From an uncultured virus (IMG/VR IMGVR_UViG_3300037086_000332) (taxonomy: Duplodnaviria; Heunggongvirae; Uroviricota; Caudoviricetes): a DNA stretch of 64,000 bases. The notes below the pieces were generated by a model. That model searched no databases. It was given only the letters and a program-made list of their open reading frames with translations, and was not told where the DNA came from. Location: the IMG/VR virus record IMGVR_UViG_3300037086_000332; one strand, written 5' to 3'. The translations under genes and the position numbers were made by a program. Positions 19,321-29,293 of the stretch are shown here, piece by piece (within the stretch, counting starts at the first letter, position 1; every line of letters starts with the position of its first letter).

Positions 19321-22300
19321 CTACCACCCCATACTAATACCAGTGATGGGAGTGACAGTGCTATCTGTCATTGTAATCCGTATGATGATCATATACCCTG
19401 AGTTTGCTGTGCTGAAACTACCACTCGTCCAAGTGAATGAGGTATTATTTACGCCGAGTAGGCAACCATCTCCATCAATTCCACCGAAAGTCGCCTGGTT
19501 ATATGATTTGGTAAGATCGAGCCACCCTGTTTGTGAGGGCAGTTTCAATTCTATCTTTCTCTTTGTGTCTGGTATAGTAAAATTTTGAATAGTGAATGCG
19601 CCATTGTTATGTGGAATTCCTGAATCAACAAACGCTCTGAAATAATATCTCACTCCTGCAAAACCAGAATAGTTTGCCGTTTGGATTGGTTGATAGTATC
19701 CAACGAAGTTGGTAGATGGATAAATTAACTGTGAATTGAATACTTGAAGCTGTCCATTGGTGAGAAGGTTCCGACTATTCCACTGATTCAATGGATTTAG
19801 AGGAATGTTATTATAGGTATCATTTGGTAATCTATGGTACTCGTCTACAAAATACTCATTCTTAGAGTCTGATCTGACAGAGTAGGTGTTAATTAGAAAA
19901 TTTTGTGTTATTCCTTGATAAATGGGACTAGTAGATATTGGGTCTCTTCCAGTCAATCTAATGTTGGGAGTGATTTGATAAATGTTTGCTATGTTGATCG
20001 CCGCGGCGCTCGCATAGTTCAAAACAGTTCCTATTTGAGGTCGTATGAAGTTCAGAACTCCTGGAGAAGTGTGATCCACATTGTATTGAGTGATGCCGTA
20101 GGCGTTTGCATTCACTGTAATTTGGTTAGTCATTACATATGTGTTATCATAGAGAGCACTTGCAGTGAATGCAATCTGGAGTCTGTCTCCAGAGAAATAG
20201 TGTCTTACTCCCGAAAGATATTTGTTGGAATTCAATTGATTTTCAGTAACAGATACCAACGAGAAGGTCACAGGAGTAGCATAGTTGTCATAGAATATGA
20301 CTATATTGTTTGATTGATCCTCTTGTGTTTCAACTAAGTGACCAATTTTAATCTTGTTTTCACCAGCTACTAAATCTGTAGAACCCAGAAGTATAGTAAA
20401 ATCTCCCTTTTGATGACTGCCGTAATTTAAATATGGACCAACTGAATTGATTCTAATTTTTCCAAGAAGACTAAATGCCGGAGTATATATTTGTCCAGTC
20501 TGACGGTTTGCCTCAGACCAGTGTGCAGCTAAATCAAAAGTATCTACCAAAATGTTATTAACATAAAGCTTTAAAGTTCCTTGATCTGCATTGTTGAATT
20601 GAGTTGAGTGGTTGGAGTTTGTAATTGTGAGGTTTGGAGAATTAATAATTTTAGTGAATAATTGAGTTGGTTGAAGCGTTTCAAATCTTTCATTGCCATT
20701 TGATAAATAACCGGTGTAATATATACTAGTTGTTATAAGATCTCCAGCTAATGGAGCTGCATCATTTGGCACTAAATATTTTAGGGCATCAATTTCTGAT
20801 TGAAGCACATCTATTTTTGCATCTACCTGTATGTGACTATAGTAGCGCGTGTCGTGGTCAGCATTGACTCCAACCATATCAGGCATATCACTCAATTGTG
20901 TGTGGGCTAATGAGAGGATGGCATCTGATTGTATTACGTTCCAAATATTTGCTGCCGCTTCCCAAACATATAACTTCTGTTCTGAGAGAACGAGTCGCAC
21001 ATCTCCATCAGAATTTCCAATTGTAGGAAGAGCACCAAGATTTGAAACTGGAGCTTTCCAATTTCCACCACTACTTGAACCACCAAAATACACTATCATC
21101 GTTACCTTATCAGTAGTCTGTAGTGCTGAACCTAGAATGATTGTTTGTGAACCAGAAATTTGATATTCATCTGGTCCAGTTCCCTTGTGTCTCAACTGAC
21201 CATCTACAAAAACTTCGAGATTTGAACCAATGGAGTCAAATGCTGCTTCAGATATGAATGTCTTATTAACTGGATTATCAGCAGATTGAGAGCCTAGAAG
21301 TTGAGTTGTCCACTTAAATAAATAAGGAGGTGCAGAACCAGGAGCAGTAGGGGGTGGACCGCTGGGTCCAGGTAAAGTGGTAGTTCCACCACCTGTTGAG
21401 GCAAAATCATCTACATTGTGTGGGTCACCAATCACTGATTCTGCAGGAATTCGACTATAGTCACCACTTCCTCCAGAATCATAAGCCTTTACTTTGTAGT
21501 AAGGCTTTTCACTATTTCCTGGATTTACATTGAGGTCTATGTAATAAGAAAGAACCTTACCAGTATTGAGGTCGACGTCTTGAATAGAAAATGAATTTCC
21601 TACTGGAAGAATTTTTGTCCAGGTGCCAGTGGTTCCATTCCAATTTGTTGATTTCCAAATGTCGTATGCGGTAGCGTGTGCAGTTCCGTCCCAAGCGAGA
21701 ATATATCCATTGACAATCAGTTCACCAAAATTGACAGAATTTGGGTCAGCGTCTATGGTAGTGTGGGTTTCAATTCCAGCAATTTGTGGAATTTTTAAAG
21801 CACCCACAAATGTTTGAGCACCAGTCCAAGGAACTGTTTGTCTGATGATTCCAAACAAACCCAACTGTTCTTCTGCTGCTGCAATACCCTGATTCATATA
21901 AGCCAATGCGGCGTTGATGCCTTTAAGTGCTGTCTTAGAACCATCAGAAACATCAAGAATTGTCTTTACTAGAAGAAATCTCTGTCCATAAAGAGTTGAT
22001 GGGTCAGATGTCGTTCCAAGAAAACTACCAGCGAGAATCAAAAGAATTGATGATGAATTGGTAAGAAGAATTGTTCTATCACTTGTAAGGTCGGCTTTTA
22101 ATTGGTCGAGTGCTCCATCAACAATTGTTTGACTGGCTGTTGGCATTGTTCCACTGCCAACTCCACAAGTATTCAAAAAATTATTGAGATGTGCCTTTGT
22201 TGCATTGAGTTGAGAAATCCAACCATCTTGGCGAGCGTAGCTTGACGATTTATCAGGAATTGAATTTGGATTCAAAAAATAATTCGTATTTATCATCTTA

Positions 22301-23187
22301 GCATAACCAAGATATGTGACAATTGAATCTATAATTGAAATCAGAGAATGTATGCTGGTTACTACGGCGGGGTCCCAATAGTCCCTATTGGCCACAAAAC
22401 CATCACTACTTGTCTGACCGGTGGTATCTCTGTTTCCATCTCCCCAGACAAATGGCGTGTAATAGCCGCCCCCTCCACCTCCGCCTCCACCACCCTGATA
22501 TCCACCTGGAGTATATGGACAAACATCTGTAAATCTTAGTCCTAAGATGCCTGGTCCAACAAAATCATAGACAGAAGGAGGATTTGAATCCAATATTGGA
22601 AATCCAGTTACTGGGTCAATAGTAAATGTTGGCGTGAAATGATGGGCACCATAGGTGCTTCTCGTGCCAATTTGTGAAATAATAGTATTGATGAGAGTAG
22701 AAGTATTGGTGGTATCTCCGCCTGCTGTTGCACCATTGTCATTGAATGATGTGCTGGCGGCATTAAACACGCCTCTTCTCGCACTATTTTTCTGGTCATT
22801 ACTGAGGCTTTCATTCCAAGGAGAATAGCCAAAAAAACCAGAGTAATATGGTGTTCCAGCTAGAAGTTCTGTAGCCGCTTGGTCTAAAGATGAAAGACCC
22901 GGAGTGATATTGGTTAGGTTATAAACTCTTGTTGTTCCATTAAGCTTTTGGATAATGTAGTAATAACATCGAATAAGACCCTCAGCACCCATATTATTCC
23001 AATCAATGTTCTCATTTGCAGAACCACCAAAAAGCATCTGAAGATTGAATAGGTCAACGTCTGCTAATGACTCTATTGGAGGATGGACAGACCCGTCTCT
23101 TGAATAGAGAATATTGATTTTCGACATAACAGCTTGTGAGCGCTTATCAATTATTTTGTTTTTCTTATCCGTAGCGGAAATTGCCAT
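19321..23187 (-). CDS. Large virion structural protein with an FnIII-like segment
   Basis: 1288 aa; LAWDG...AYDIWKS...YYKVKAYD FnIII-like pattern; C-terminal region similar to 15747..19247. Confidence 0.65.
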   Translation of the reverse strand: MAISATDKKNKIIDKRSQAVMSKINILYSRDGSVHPPIESLADVDLFNLQMLFGGSANENIDWNNMGAEGLIRCYYYIIQKLNGTTRVYNLTNITPGLSSLDQAATELLAGTPYYSGFFGYSPWNESLSNDQKNSARRGVFNAASTSFNDNGATAGGDTTNTSTLINTIISQIGTRSTYGAHHFTPTFTIDPVTGFPILDSNPPSVYDFVGPGILGLRFTDVCPYTPGGYQGGGGGGGGGGYYTPFVWGDGNRDTTGQTSSDGFVANRDYWDPAVVTSIHSLISIIDSIVTYLGYAKMINTNYFLNPNSIPDKSSSYARQDGWISQLNATKAHLNNFLNTCGVGSGTMPTASQTIVDGALDQLKADLTSDRTILLTNSSSILLILAGSFLGTTSDPSTLYGQRFLLVKTILDVSDGSKTALKGINAALAYMNQGIAAAEEQLGLFGIIRQTVPWTGAQTFVGALKIPQIAGIETHTTIDADPNSVNFGELIVNGYILAWDGTAHATAYDIWKSTNWNGTTGTWTKILPVGNSFSIQDVDLNTGKVLSYYIDLNVNPGNSEKPYYKVKAYDSGGSGDYSRIPAESVIGDPHNVDDFASTGGGTTTLPGPSGPPPTAPGSAPPYLFKWTTQLLGSQSADNPVNKTFISEAAFDSIGSNLEVFVDGQLRHKGTGPDEYQISGSQTIILGSALQTTDKVTMIVYFGGSSSGGNWKAPVSNLGALPTIGNSDGDVRLVLSEQKLYVWEAAANIWNVIQSDAILSLAHTQLSDMPDMVGVNADHDTRYYSHIQVDAKIDVLQSEIDALKYLVPNDAAPLAGDLITTSIYYTGYLSNGNERFETLQPTQLFTKIINSPNLTITNSNHSTQFNNADQGTLKLYVNNILVDTFDLAAHWSEANRQTGQIYTPAFSLLGKIRINSVGPYLNYGSHQKGDFTILLGSTDLVAGENKIKIGHLVETQEDQSNNIVIFYDNYATPVTFSLVSVTENQLNSNKYLSGVRHYFSGDRLQIAFTASALYDNTYVMTNQITVNANAYGITQYNVDHTSPGVLNFIRPQIGTVLNYASAAAINIANIYQITPNIRLTGRDPISTSPIYQGITQNFLINTYSVRSDSKNEYFVDEYHRLPNDTYNNIPLNPLNQWNSRNLLTNGQLQVFNSQLIYPSTNFVGYYQPIQTANYSGFAGVRYYFRAFVDSGIPHNNGAFTIQNFTIPDTKRKIELKLPSQTGWLDLTKSYNQATFGGIDGDGCLLGVNNTSFTWTSGSFSTANSGYMIIIRITMTDSTVTPITGISMGW

Positions 23188-23195
23188 TTTTGCTC

Positions 23196-23447
23196 CTAGT
23201 ATTTCTTATTGAAAACAGCTTTCATAAGCTTTGTCAAATCAGACTGTTGTATCCTTCGAACCTTTTTTAACTTTGGCTGGTACGTGCGTAGTATGTCTGC
23301 AAAATCTTTTGGTTTGATTAATTTCACCCATTCAACACCTTTTCTGAGATAATCATATTCCCAACGGAAAACATACTCTCCACAGTCAATATACCAACTC
23401 TCAGAAATGATTTCTCCACTCATCTTCTGGCTCCAGTAATAAATCAT
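23196..23447 (-). CDS. Small array-family protein (C-terminal hhxxhF helix)
   Basis: Ends DLTKLMKAVFNKKY; ATGA overlap. Confidence 0.7.
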   Translation of the reverse strand: MIYYWSQKMSGEIISESWYIDCGEYVFRWEYDYLRKGVEWVKLIKPKDFADILRTYQPKLKKVRRIQQSDLTKLMKAVFNKKY

Positions 23448-23704
23448 TCTAACCCTTCAAAATAATCGTGGTATACAAAAACATATTTGATTTGGAATTG
23501 TTTGTCGTGCGAGGTTGGCCAGCCTCTCTTCCATTCTTTGATAACATCATATGTGGACCAATCTGAAACGGACCCACCATCCTTTGTTTCAGCAACCACT
23601 AACCAATCATCTTCCCTGCCACTGTCAGCATAGAATGGAATGAAGACTATACTGTCGTTTGGGTCTTTTTTCCATCTGAAAATCCAATTGATTTTGTGTT
23701 CCAT
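23444..23704 (-). CDS. Small array-family protein
   Basis: KQFQIKYVF; AAGATAA 5 nt upstream of the ATG. Confidence 0.7.
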   Translation of the reverse strand: MEHKINWIFRWKKDPNDSIVFIPFYADSGREDDWLVVAETKDGGSVSDWSTYDVIKEWKRGWPTSHDKQFQIKYVFVYHDYFEGLE

Positions 23705-23719
23705 TTAGATTATCTTGAT

Positions 23720-24034
23720 TTATTGTTCAAGCCTTTTGCGTTCAATCTCGAAAAGGCCTCTGATTGTCCGCTGTCTGGCATATTCATTAGTCTCATTTAC
23801 AAAAACCTTGCTCATTTGAAATGAGCCATCATCCTTTTTTTCTATTCCAATGGAAGGGGTAATGAACTTATCAGTCTTTTCATCCTGTGCAATGAGATGA
23901 AAAATCAACCATTCTTCTATAGCAGAGAATTCCTTCATCTCTATTCTGAAAACCACGCCTTGAGTTATGCTGTTGCCAAATTCCTGAGCTATTATTTTGC
24001 CTATATATTGTTCGAACGGCTCATTGAAAATCAC
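23720..24034 (-). CDS. Small array-family protein (EPxxQYhG subgroup)
   Basis: EPFEQYIG...RQRTIRGLFE. Confidence 0.7.
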   Translation of the reverse strand: MIFNEPFEQYIGKIIAQEFGNSITQGVVFRIEMKEFSAIEEWLIFHLIAQDEKTDKFITPSIGIEKKDDGSFQMSKVFVNETNEYARQRTIRGLFEIERKRLEQ

Positions 24035-24291
24035 TTTGGCAATTCCTTTTCAAATACAATTCTCATTGCAGTCTGCAATTCGACTTCTCGCGGTCTCACC
24101 TCATCAAATTCTGTTGTTTCTACTGGAAAATCTTCCCACCCAACATATTCGGTACTCAATTGTATCATTCTGATGGGATACTGTTTGTCACGGCGATTTA
24201 TCTCGTAAAGGTAGAGATACTCCGAAAACTTTCTTCTGAACCATTTACCAACATACTGCTCTAGTGGCTCTGCTAGATAGTGGAGTGCCAT
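24031..24291 (-). CDS. Small array-family protein (EPxxQYhG subgroup)
   Basis: Start reassigned to MALHY; EPLEQYVGKWF...ELQTAMRIVFE. Confidence 0.7.
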   Translation of the reverse strand: MALHYLAEPLEQYVGKWFRRKFSEYLYLYEINRRDKQYPIRMIQLSTEYVGWEDFPVETTEFDEVRPREVELQTAMRIVFEKELPK

Positions 24292-24292
24292 T

Positions 24293-25264
24293 TTAAATAC
24301 AACCCGCGAGAAGCAACAACATACTGTCTGATTGTGCTTCCATTTGGGCAGCTGTGGCTGCAGAGTTTGGAGCAAGTCCCATAATCATTTGCAAAATAGC
24401 AGCAATAGCAATTCCCATCGGTGGAACAGTGGGAGTTGCCATCCACTTTGCCATGGCCTTTCTAATAGCTTTTACTAAATCTGGCTCTTTAGGAATTGGT
24501 GGAAGAACTGGAAGTGAAGGAAGAGATGGAACGTCTGGATGGTATGGCACCGGCACACCAAAGTCGGTTGCAAGATTAACGTCCATATTCCAATCGGCAG
24601 TGATAGAAATTGCTGCCAGTCTCTGATATTCTTTTAGGTCTGCTTGTTTTTGTTTCACCTCTATTGTTTTGTTGATTATCTCTATTGACATTTGGATTAT
24701 TTGGGCTAGCCAAGGGTCTAGTGTAGTAGCTTTTGCAATCCAGACATCTCTCGTTGTAGTATCTCCTGCTAAATCGGCTTTATGGGCATTGTCTCGGAAA
24801 GTAAAGAGGGTTTGCATATACTTCGATTGCTCATCGACTTGTTTAGCTCGAAGGTCAAGAATTTGTTGCTGTTCTGCTGCAATATCAACTTGAAGAGGAG
24901 GGATGAGAGTTTTTATCCTGGTTTGAGCTGCAACTAAGTCTTTATAGAGTTTCGCTTCTCCTGCTTTTCTTGCAGCAAGAGCATCCTTTAACATCTTGGT
25001 ATATTGCTCCATCAAAGACTTGATGATTTTTGCAATCTGTTCGAACATCATAAACATCATAGCCTCAATTTTAGTCATAATCATTGAGACTGCTGAACCC
25101 ATTGGAATTACAGGAATTGGAAATGGAGCCATTGGTTGAAGAGCACAAAGAGCCATAGCCACCTGAGAAGCCACAGTAATAGAACCCACTACATCTGCTG
25201 GAGCCTGAGGCATCATTTTGAGTCCCATTTGGATTGCTTGGTCTATGGCTGGTATTACTGGCAT
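24293..25264 (-). CDS. Hypothetical Pro-rich/coiled-coil protein, possibly virion-associated
   Basis: 323 aa; Pro/Met-rich ends with a central heptad-like helix. Confidence 0.65.
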   Translation of the reverse strand: MPVIPAIDQAIQMGLKMMPQAPADVVGSITVASQVAMALCALQPMAPFPIPVIPMGSAVSMIMTKIEAMMFMMFEQIAKIIKSLMEQYTKMLKDALAARKAGEAKLYKDLVAAQTRIKTLIPPLQVDIAAEQQQILDLRAKQVDEQSKYMQTLFTFRDNAHKADLAGDTTTRDVWIAKATTLDPWLAQIIQMSIEIINKTIEVKQKQADLKEYQRLAAISITADWNMDVNLATDFGVPVPYHPDVPSLPSLPVLPPIPKEPDLVKAIRKAMAKWMATPTVPPMGIAIAAILQMIMGLAPNSAATAAQMEAQSDSMLLLLAGCI

Positions 25265-25549
25265 TTACCAATCCTCTCTAAACTTTTTAGCATTGAATAA
25301 AACCCTTATAGCAAAACGAAGCTCATTTGAGCTAGCAACGTCGGAGTCTTCCACCATAGTTTTCCAGCTGTCTGCTTGTGCCTCAAACCACGCTGGCATA
25401 TAAAAAACTAAATCTGATTCACTTGCCATAAGCTCAACACCATATATTGTTTTATCAGTTCTTCTGGCTATAATCCAATATCTTTGGAATGAGTTGCCCT
25501 TATATTTTGTAATTATCATTCCTGGCTTGACTTGCTCAAAAGAAATCAT
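25265..25549 (-). CDS. Small array-family protein (FxxhKPGM subgroup)
   Basis: FEQVKPGM...ELRFAIRVLF. Confidence 0.7.
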   Translation of the reverse strand: MISFEQVKPGMIITKYKGNSFQRYWIIARRTDKTIYGVELMASESDLVFYMPAWFEAQADSWKTMVEDSDVASSNELRFAIRVLFNAKKFREDW

Positions 25550-25832
25550 TTGGCAATTCTCTCACTTTGTCTCTCTCAAAGAGGCTTATTAGTATATCTT
25601 TAGAAAATGCAGAAAATCTGTCTGTAAATTCGAAGTTCTCAAAAACACTACCACCAGAATCAAAAACCTGTTCATTGGTCTCTCTATAGCCATATCTGAA
25701 GTTTCTTTCACTAATGGAAAATTGAAGAAACTTCACTTTATGTGAAGTCTTTTCAATCACTATAATATAGTGTTTGTTCTCCATGAAGTGGACGAGCATG
25801 TCTCCAATTATTAAGTCATCAAACTTCATCAT
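25536..25832 (-). CDS. Small array-family protein
   Basis: FDDLIIGD...KDILISLFE. Confidence 0.7.
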   Translation of the reverse strand: MMKFDDLIIGDMLVHFMENKHYIIVIEKTSHKVKFLQFSISERNFRYGYRETNEQVFDSGGSVFENFEFTDRFSAFSKDILISLFERDKVRELPNDFF

Positions 25833-26071
25833 CTATATAAACTCATTTCTCTTGTGAGTTGGCCATCCATAATCTTCTCTATCATACCCCTCTGTTGACT
25901 CTTATTGAGCTTTCTATCTTTGATAGGAAAAAGTCGTAATTGAGATTCATCATATGATGTTAGAGATATCTTCGCTCCTATGTATATACAGAGATGTGTG
26001 AAGTTTCCAACCTTCATCAAAGGATATATGAACCAATTTCCAGTAACATCTTTACCACAATAAAATTTCAT
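25829..26071 (-). CDS. Small array-family protein
   Basis: QRGMIEKIM; ATGA overlaps. Confidence 0.6.
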   Translation of the reverse strand: MKFYCGKDVTGNWFIYPLMKVGNFTHLCIYIGAKISLTSYDESQLRLFPIKDRKLNKSQQRGMIEKIMDGQLTREMSLYR

Positions 26072-26358
26072 ACCTCTGAATCTCCAACAGCAAAATCCTT
26101 AGCGAAAATCTTTGTTATGAGCCAGGCGTGGAGCTTCTTACCAGTGCAATCCTCAGTGTTTCTGTAAATCTTATTCCATGCATTCCATTCTTTTATAGGA
26201 ACTGTTTCTCGGTACAACCAATAACCATCCTCTTTTACATAGCTTACAAAGAATATATTGGCTTGTTTTTTGTTTTTGTTGACAACAAAAATTGTTCTTG
26301 TCTCATCATGTTCTTGTCTGAGAACCATTCCTGGTCGTATTTTGCCAAAATTCATCAT
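26068..26358 (-). CDS. Small array-family protein
   Basis: FGKIRPGM...HAWLITKIF. Confidence 0.7.
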   Translation of the reverse strand: MMNFGKIRPGMVLRQEHDETRTIFVVNKNKKQANIFFVSYVKEDGYWLYRETVPIKEWNAWNKIYRNTEDCTGKKLHAWLITKIFAKDFAVGDSEV

Positions 26359-26612
26359 GGTAATACTGTCTCTACCACGAGTCTTCTCTTTGGTTCATCT
26401 AGTGTTGAACTCAACACCAATGCCTTGCCCATAAAATTGTCCCAATCATCTTTGCCAAGAGAGCCAAATTGCACTTCGGCCCCATTTTCAAAATTGACCA
26501 TCTTGTATTTGATATGACTATCATCCTTTACAGTAATCCATACTATATAGGGATTGAACTTGAAGGAAGAGGAGACAAGAACCATTTCCTCTTCTATTTC
26601 ATTAAAGGTCAT
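26355..26612 (-). CDS. Small array-family protein
   Basis: FNEIEEEM...KRRLVVETVL. Confidence 0.6.
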   Translation of the reverse strand: MTFNEIEEEMVLVSSSFKFNPYIVWITVKDDSHIKYKMVNFENGAEVQFGSLGKDDWDNFMGKALVLSSTLDEPKRRLVVETVLP

Positions 26613-27919
26613 TGTTTCTCCATAGATACTTTATAAACTGTTCCCTGTCGATAGACTTCAAAAGAAGCTTTTCCTGGAGTAGAGTTTAGAGCATTATAAA
26701 AATCAGCCGTATTTTTCAACACTTTGCCATTTAGTTTCTGAACGACATCACCAGACCTAAAACCAGTATTAGCAGCAATGCTGCCACTTTCAACACTATT
26801 TATTACCACATCTCCATCGAATGGCTTTATGTTTAATTGTTTTCGAACATCATCATCAACATCTACTATTGAGAGTCCTGGCCAAACTTTATTTGATAGC
26901 TTTTCTATACTAGAGTTGTCTGGTCTTATTTCTATCTTTACATCTATAGTCATCTGCTTTTCTTGTCTAATGAGTTCAAATCTGTTCATTGAATTAGGAG
27001 CGAGACTACCAATCATTTGAAGAACAGTATTATCATCTTTTAGTGATTTGCCATTGATTGAGGTGACATAATCTCCTGGCAAAAGTCCCGACTTGTCAGC
27101 GGGTGACCCTCCAACTATGCTATAGATAAATATACCTTTCAAATCTTTCAATTTCATATCGGTTACTATGTCTGAATTAGGGTCGGTCATTGTGACTCCA
27201 AGCCAACCATAGTCTACTTTTCCATGAAGCAGTATTTCTTTGACATCTAATTTTGCTTTATTTATAGGAATGGCAAAACCAAGTCCTATGCTTCCACCAC
27301 TCTGTGAAGCAATCCAACTATTTACACCAATTACTTGTCCTTGTATGTTAACAAGTGCACCACCAGAGTTTCCTTGATTGATAGCGGCATCAGTTTGAAT
27401 ATAATCGGTATACTGAGCTAAATCAGTGCCTGGTAAAGGCTCTCTCCCAACCGCACTAATAATTCCTTGAGTCACTGTTGATGAAAATCCAAGAGGACTT
27501 CCAATTGCCATAACAATGTCTCCAACTTGCAAGTTATCTGAATCTCCAAGGTCTGCGATTATAACTTGGTCTTTTGTCTCTATAGCGATGAGAGCCAAGT
27601 CCTTCTTATCATCTTTTCCAACCAACTTGGCCTTGAATGTTCTTCCATCATTAAAATGAACTGTGATAGTATCGGCTTCTCCAGCGACATGGTTATTAGT
27701 CAAAATATACACCCTATCACTATCTCTCTGAATCACTATTCCGGAACCAAGTCCCTGAGCTTCACCTTTGGTAACACCAATCTCTACAACAGCTGGTCTT
27801 ATCTTTTGAGCAATTGCTCGATATGCTTCCTGTTCTTTTTCCAAGAGCTGGGTGCCACTTTGGGCGAACAGGACTAATGACAAAAACAAAAATACAAGTA
27901 CTGTCATCACCCTTTTCAT
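26609..27919 (-). CDS. htrA: HtrA/DegP/DegQ-family exported serine protease with two PDZ domains
   Basis: N-terminal signal peptide; GSG, TNNHV (His), DLAL (Asp), IQTDAAINQGNSGG (Ser), GLGFAIP; two PDZ-like segments (GWLGV...GSPADKSGLLPGD and GSIAANTGFRSGD). Confidence 0.95.
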   Translation of the reverse strand: MKRVMTVLVFLFLSLVLFAQSGTQLLEKEQEAYRAIAQKIRPAVVEIGVTKGEAQGLGSGIVIQRDSDRVYILTNNHVAGEADTITVHFNDGRTFKAKLVGKDDKKDLALIAIETKDQVIIADLGDSDNLQVGDIVMAIGSPLGFSSTVTQGIISAVGREPLPGTDLAQYTDYIQTDAAINQGNSGGALVNIQGQVIGVNSWIASQSGGSIGLGFAIPINKAKLDVKEILLHGKVDYGWLGVTMTDPNSDIVTDMKLKDLKGIFIYSIVGGSPADKSGLLPGDYVTSINGKSLKDDNTVLQMIGSLAPNSMNRFELIRQEKQMTIDVKIEIRPDNSSIEKLSNKVWPGLSIVDVDDDVRKQLNIKPFDGDVVINSVESGSIAANTGFRSGDVVQKLNGKVLKNTADFYNALNSTPGKASFEVYRQGTVYKVSMEKQ

Positions 27920-28203
27920 TTTATTACTCCTTTACCAAAAATACTTTTGATAGTTATGTGTCTAACCTTTATGGGCGTTTGATTTGCTGGTCTCATATTC
28001 TTATAGATATACCCCCAAAAATTCTCCCTATCTGCTGGAAAATCATTTTCATATCTCTTTTTGGTCTTGCCACCGTATACTATATCTCTGAATCTAATTT
28101 CTAAATCATTTTTGCTCACAACGTAGCTCAGAGTATACCAGGTGACTCCTTCTTCTGTTCCTTTCCAATAGTATCGACCTACTTCAAAGTCATCATAGTT
28201 CAT
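27916..28203 (-). CDS. Small array-family protein
   Basis: FEVGRYY...RHITIKSIFG; start set by ATGA overlap. Confidence 0.7.
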   Translation of the reverse strand: MNYDDFEVGRYYWKGTEEGVTWYTLSYVVSKNDLEIRFRDIVYGGKTKKRYENDFPADRENFWGYIYKNMRPANQTPIKVRHITIKSIFGKGVIK

Positions 28204-28445
28204 GCCCATTCTACCTCGAATATGTTTTTAATAACACGATGCCCTCTCCATAATTCTCTATCATTTACACGCATTTTTCCAGATGGATTCGGCATCTCTG
28301 TATCAGCACCCAAAATATTTGACTTGGCAAATGATATGGTATAACTCACAGAAGTGAATCCTGAAGTTGAACTCGTTATCTTCACTAGGTAGAGAAATTT
28401 GTGGTGGCTAGTGCCTGGATGCCAAACAGCTAGTTCTCGTTTCAT
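28200..28445 (-). CDS. Small array-family protein
   Basis: GHRVIKNIFE; start set by ATGA overlap. Confidence 0.65.
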   Translation of the reverse strand: MKRELAVWHPGTSHHKFLYLVKITSSTSGFTSVSYTISFAKSNILGADTEMPNPSGKMRVNDRELWRGHRVIKNIFEVEWA

Positions 28446-28723
28446 AACACACTTCTCCACGGGTCAAAAATAGAAGAAACTGTTTTATGCACAAATTCTG
28501 GTTTCTTTTCCACAAATTTACGTAATGTTGAAAGGTCCTTTGCATACACTGGCAATTCTCCATTTACGGGTTTCATATCGTGGCTGATAGTTGTCATTGG
28601 TTTGATAATCCATCGACCAACCTGCTCTATTTCAATGAGTTCAACAAGATTGTAAATCGGAGAAGCATTCCATATCAAAATGGAACCTATTGGCAGCTTC
28701 TTAGCATCACTCGATTTCACCAA
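28442..28723 (-). CDS. Small array-family protein
   Basis: LPIGS...VHKTVSSIFD. Confidence 0.65.
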   Translation of the reverse strand: MVKSSDAKKLPIGSILIWNASPIYNLVELIEIEQVGRWIIKPMTTISHDMKPVNGELPVYAKDLSTLRKFVEKKPEFVHKTVSSIFDPWRSVL

Positions 28724-28988
28724 AAACTCCTTTTATAACGGCACGTTTCGTTGGTGAACCATACAGTTGAGGCATCTCTGAATAGTCTTCATTCCAATAA
28801 TCAAAAGTATCCTTTGTTTCTTCACTCCATCTAGGCTCCTCTTTCGTCGATAAATACAATATTTTATGGAAGACATACCTCTGGTCCTTGTTGGTAATGA
28901 AATAGAGGTGAATTCCCCTTTCACCACTTGTAGGTCTTTCCGTCCAAACGGCGAACATCATTCCTGGCTTTACATATCTGAATTTCAC
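28707..28988 (-). CDS. Small array-family protein
   Basis: FRYVKPGM...KRAVIKGVFG. Confidence 0.7.
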   Translation of the reverse strand: MKFRYVKPGMMFAVWTERPTSGERGIHLYFITNKDQRYVFHKILYLSTKEEPRWSEETKDTFDYWNEDYSEMPQLYGSPTKRAVIKGVFGEIE

Positions 28989-29293
28989 CGTTCTCTCCTA
29001 TATTCAATTAGATGTTCATTGGAGAAGACATCTATTACCCAGCGTTGAAACCACCAATTATTATCAACTTCTGAATAACCTCTGATTTCATAGCCATATG
29101 GTCGCCAAATACTTTTTTCTACTCTAAAAGAGTCGTCTATTGTCATTTTCTCATAATCAATAAGAATTCTAAAAGCATCAAAATATTCAGAAGTAATCTT
29201 CTTAATGCAGAGAAATATTTTGAGACCTCTTGAAGTGGCGTCCACGTGAAAGATTTTCATTCCAACTTTCAAACCATCCCAATGCAATGTCAT
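28985..29293 (-). CDS. Small array-family protein
   Basis: LKVGM...QRWVIDVF. Confidence 0.7.
   Translation of the reverse strand: MTLHWDGLKVGMKIFHVDATSRGLKIFLCIKKITSEYFDAFRILIDYEKMTIDDSFRVEKSIWRPYGYEIRGYSEVDNNWWFQRWVIDVFSNEHLIEYRRER

Noticed and set aside
557..22832. Numerous 60-190 aa ORFs antisense or out of frame within the giant genes
   Set aside because: These are shadow ORFs caused by biased codon use in repetitive Thr/Gly/Ala-rich genes; they show no RBS or recognisable motifs.
26609..27919. HtrA PDZ domains recognising the array's C-terminal motif
   Set aside because: HtrA has a signal peptide while the array proteins do not, and the conserved Phe is usually not the terminal residue.
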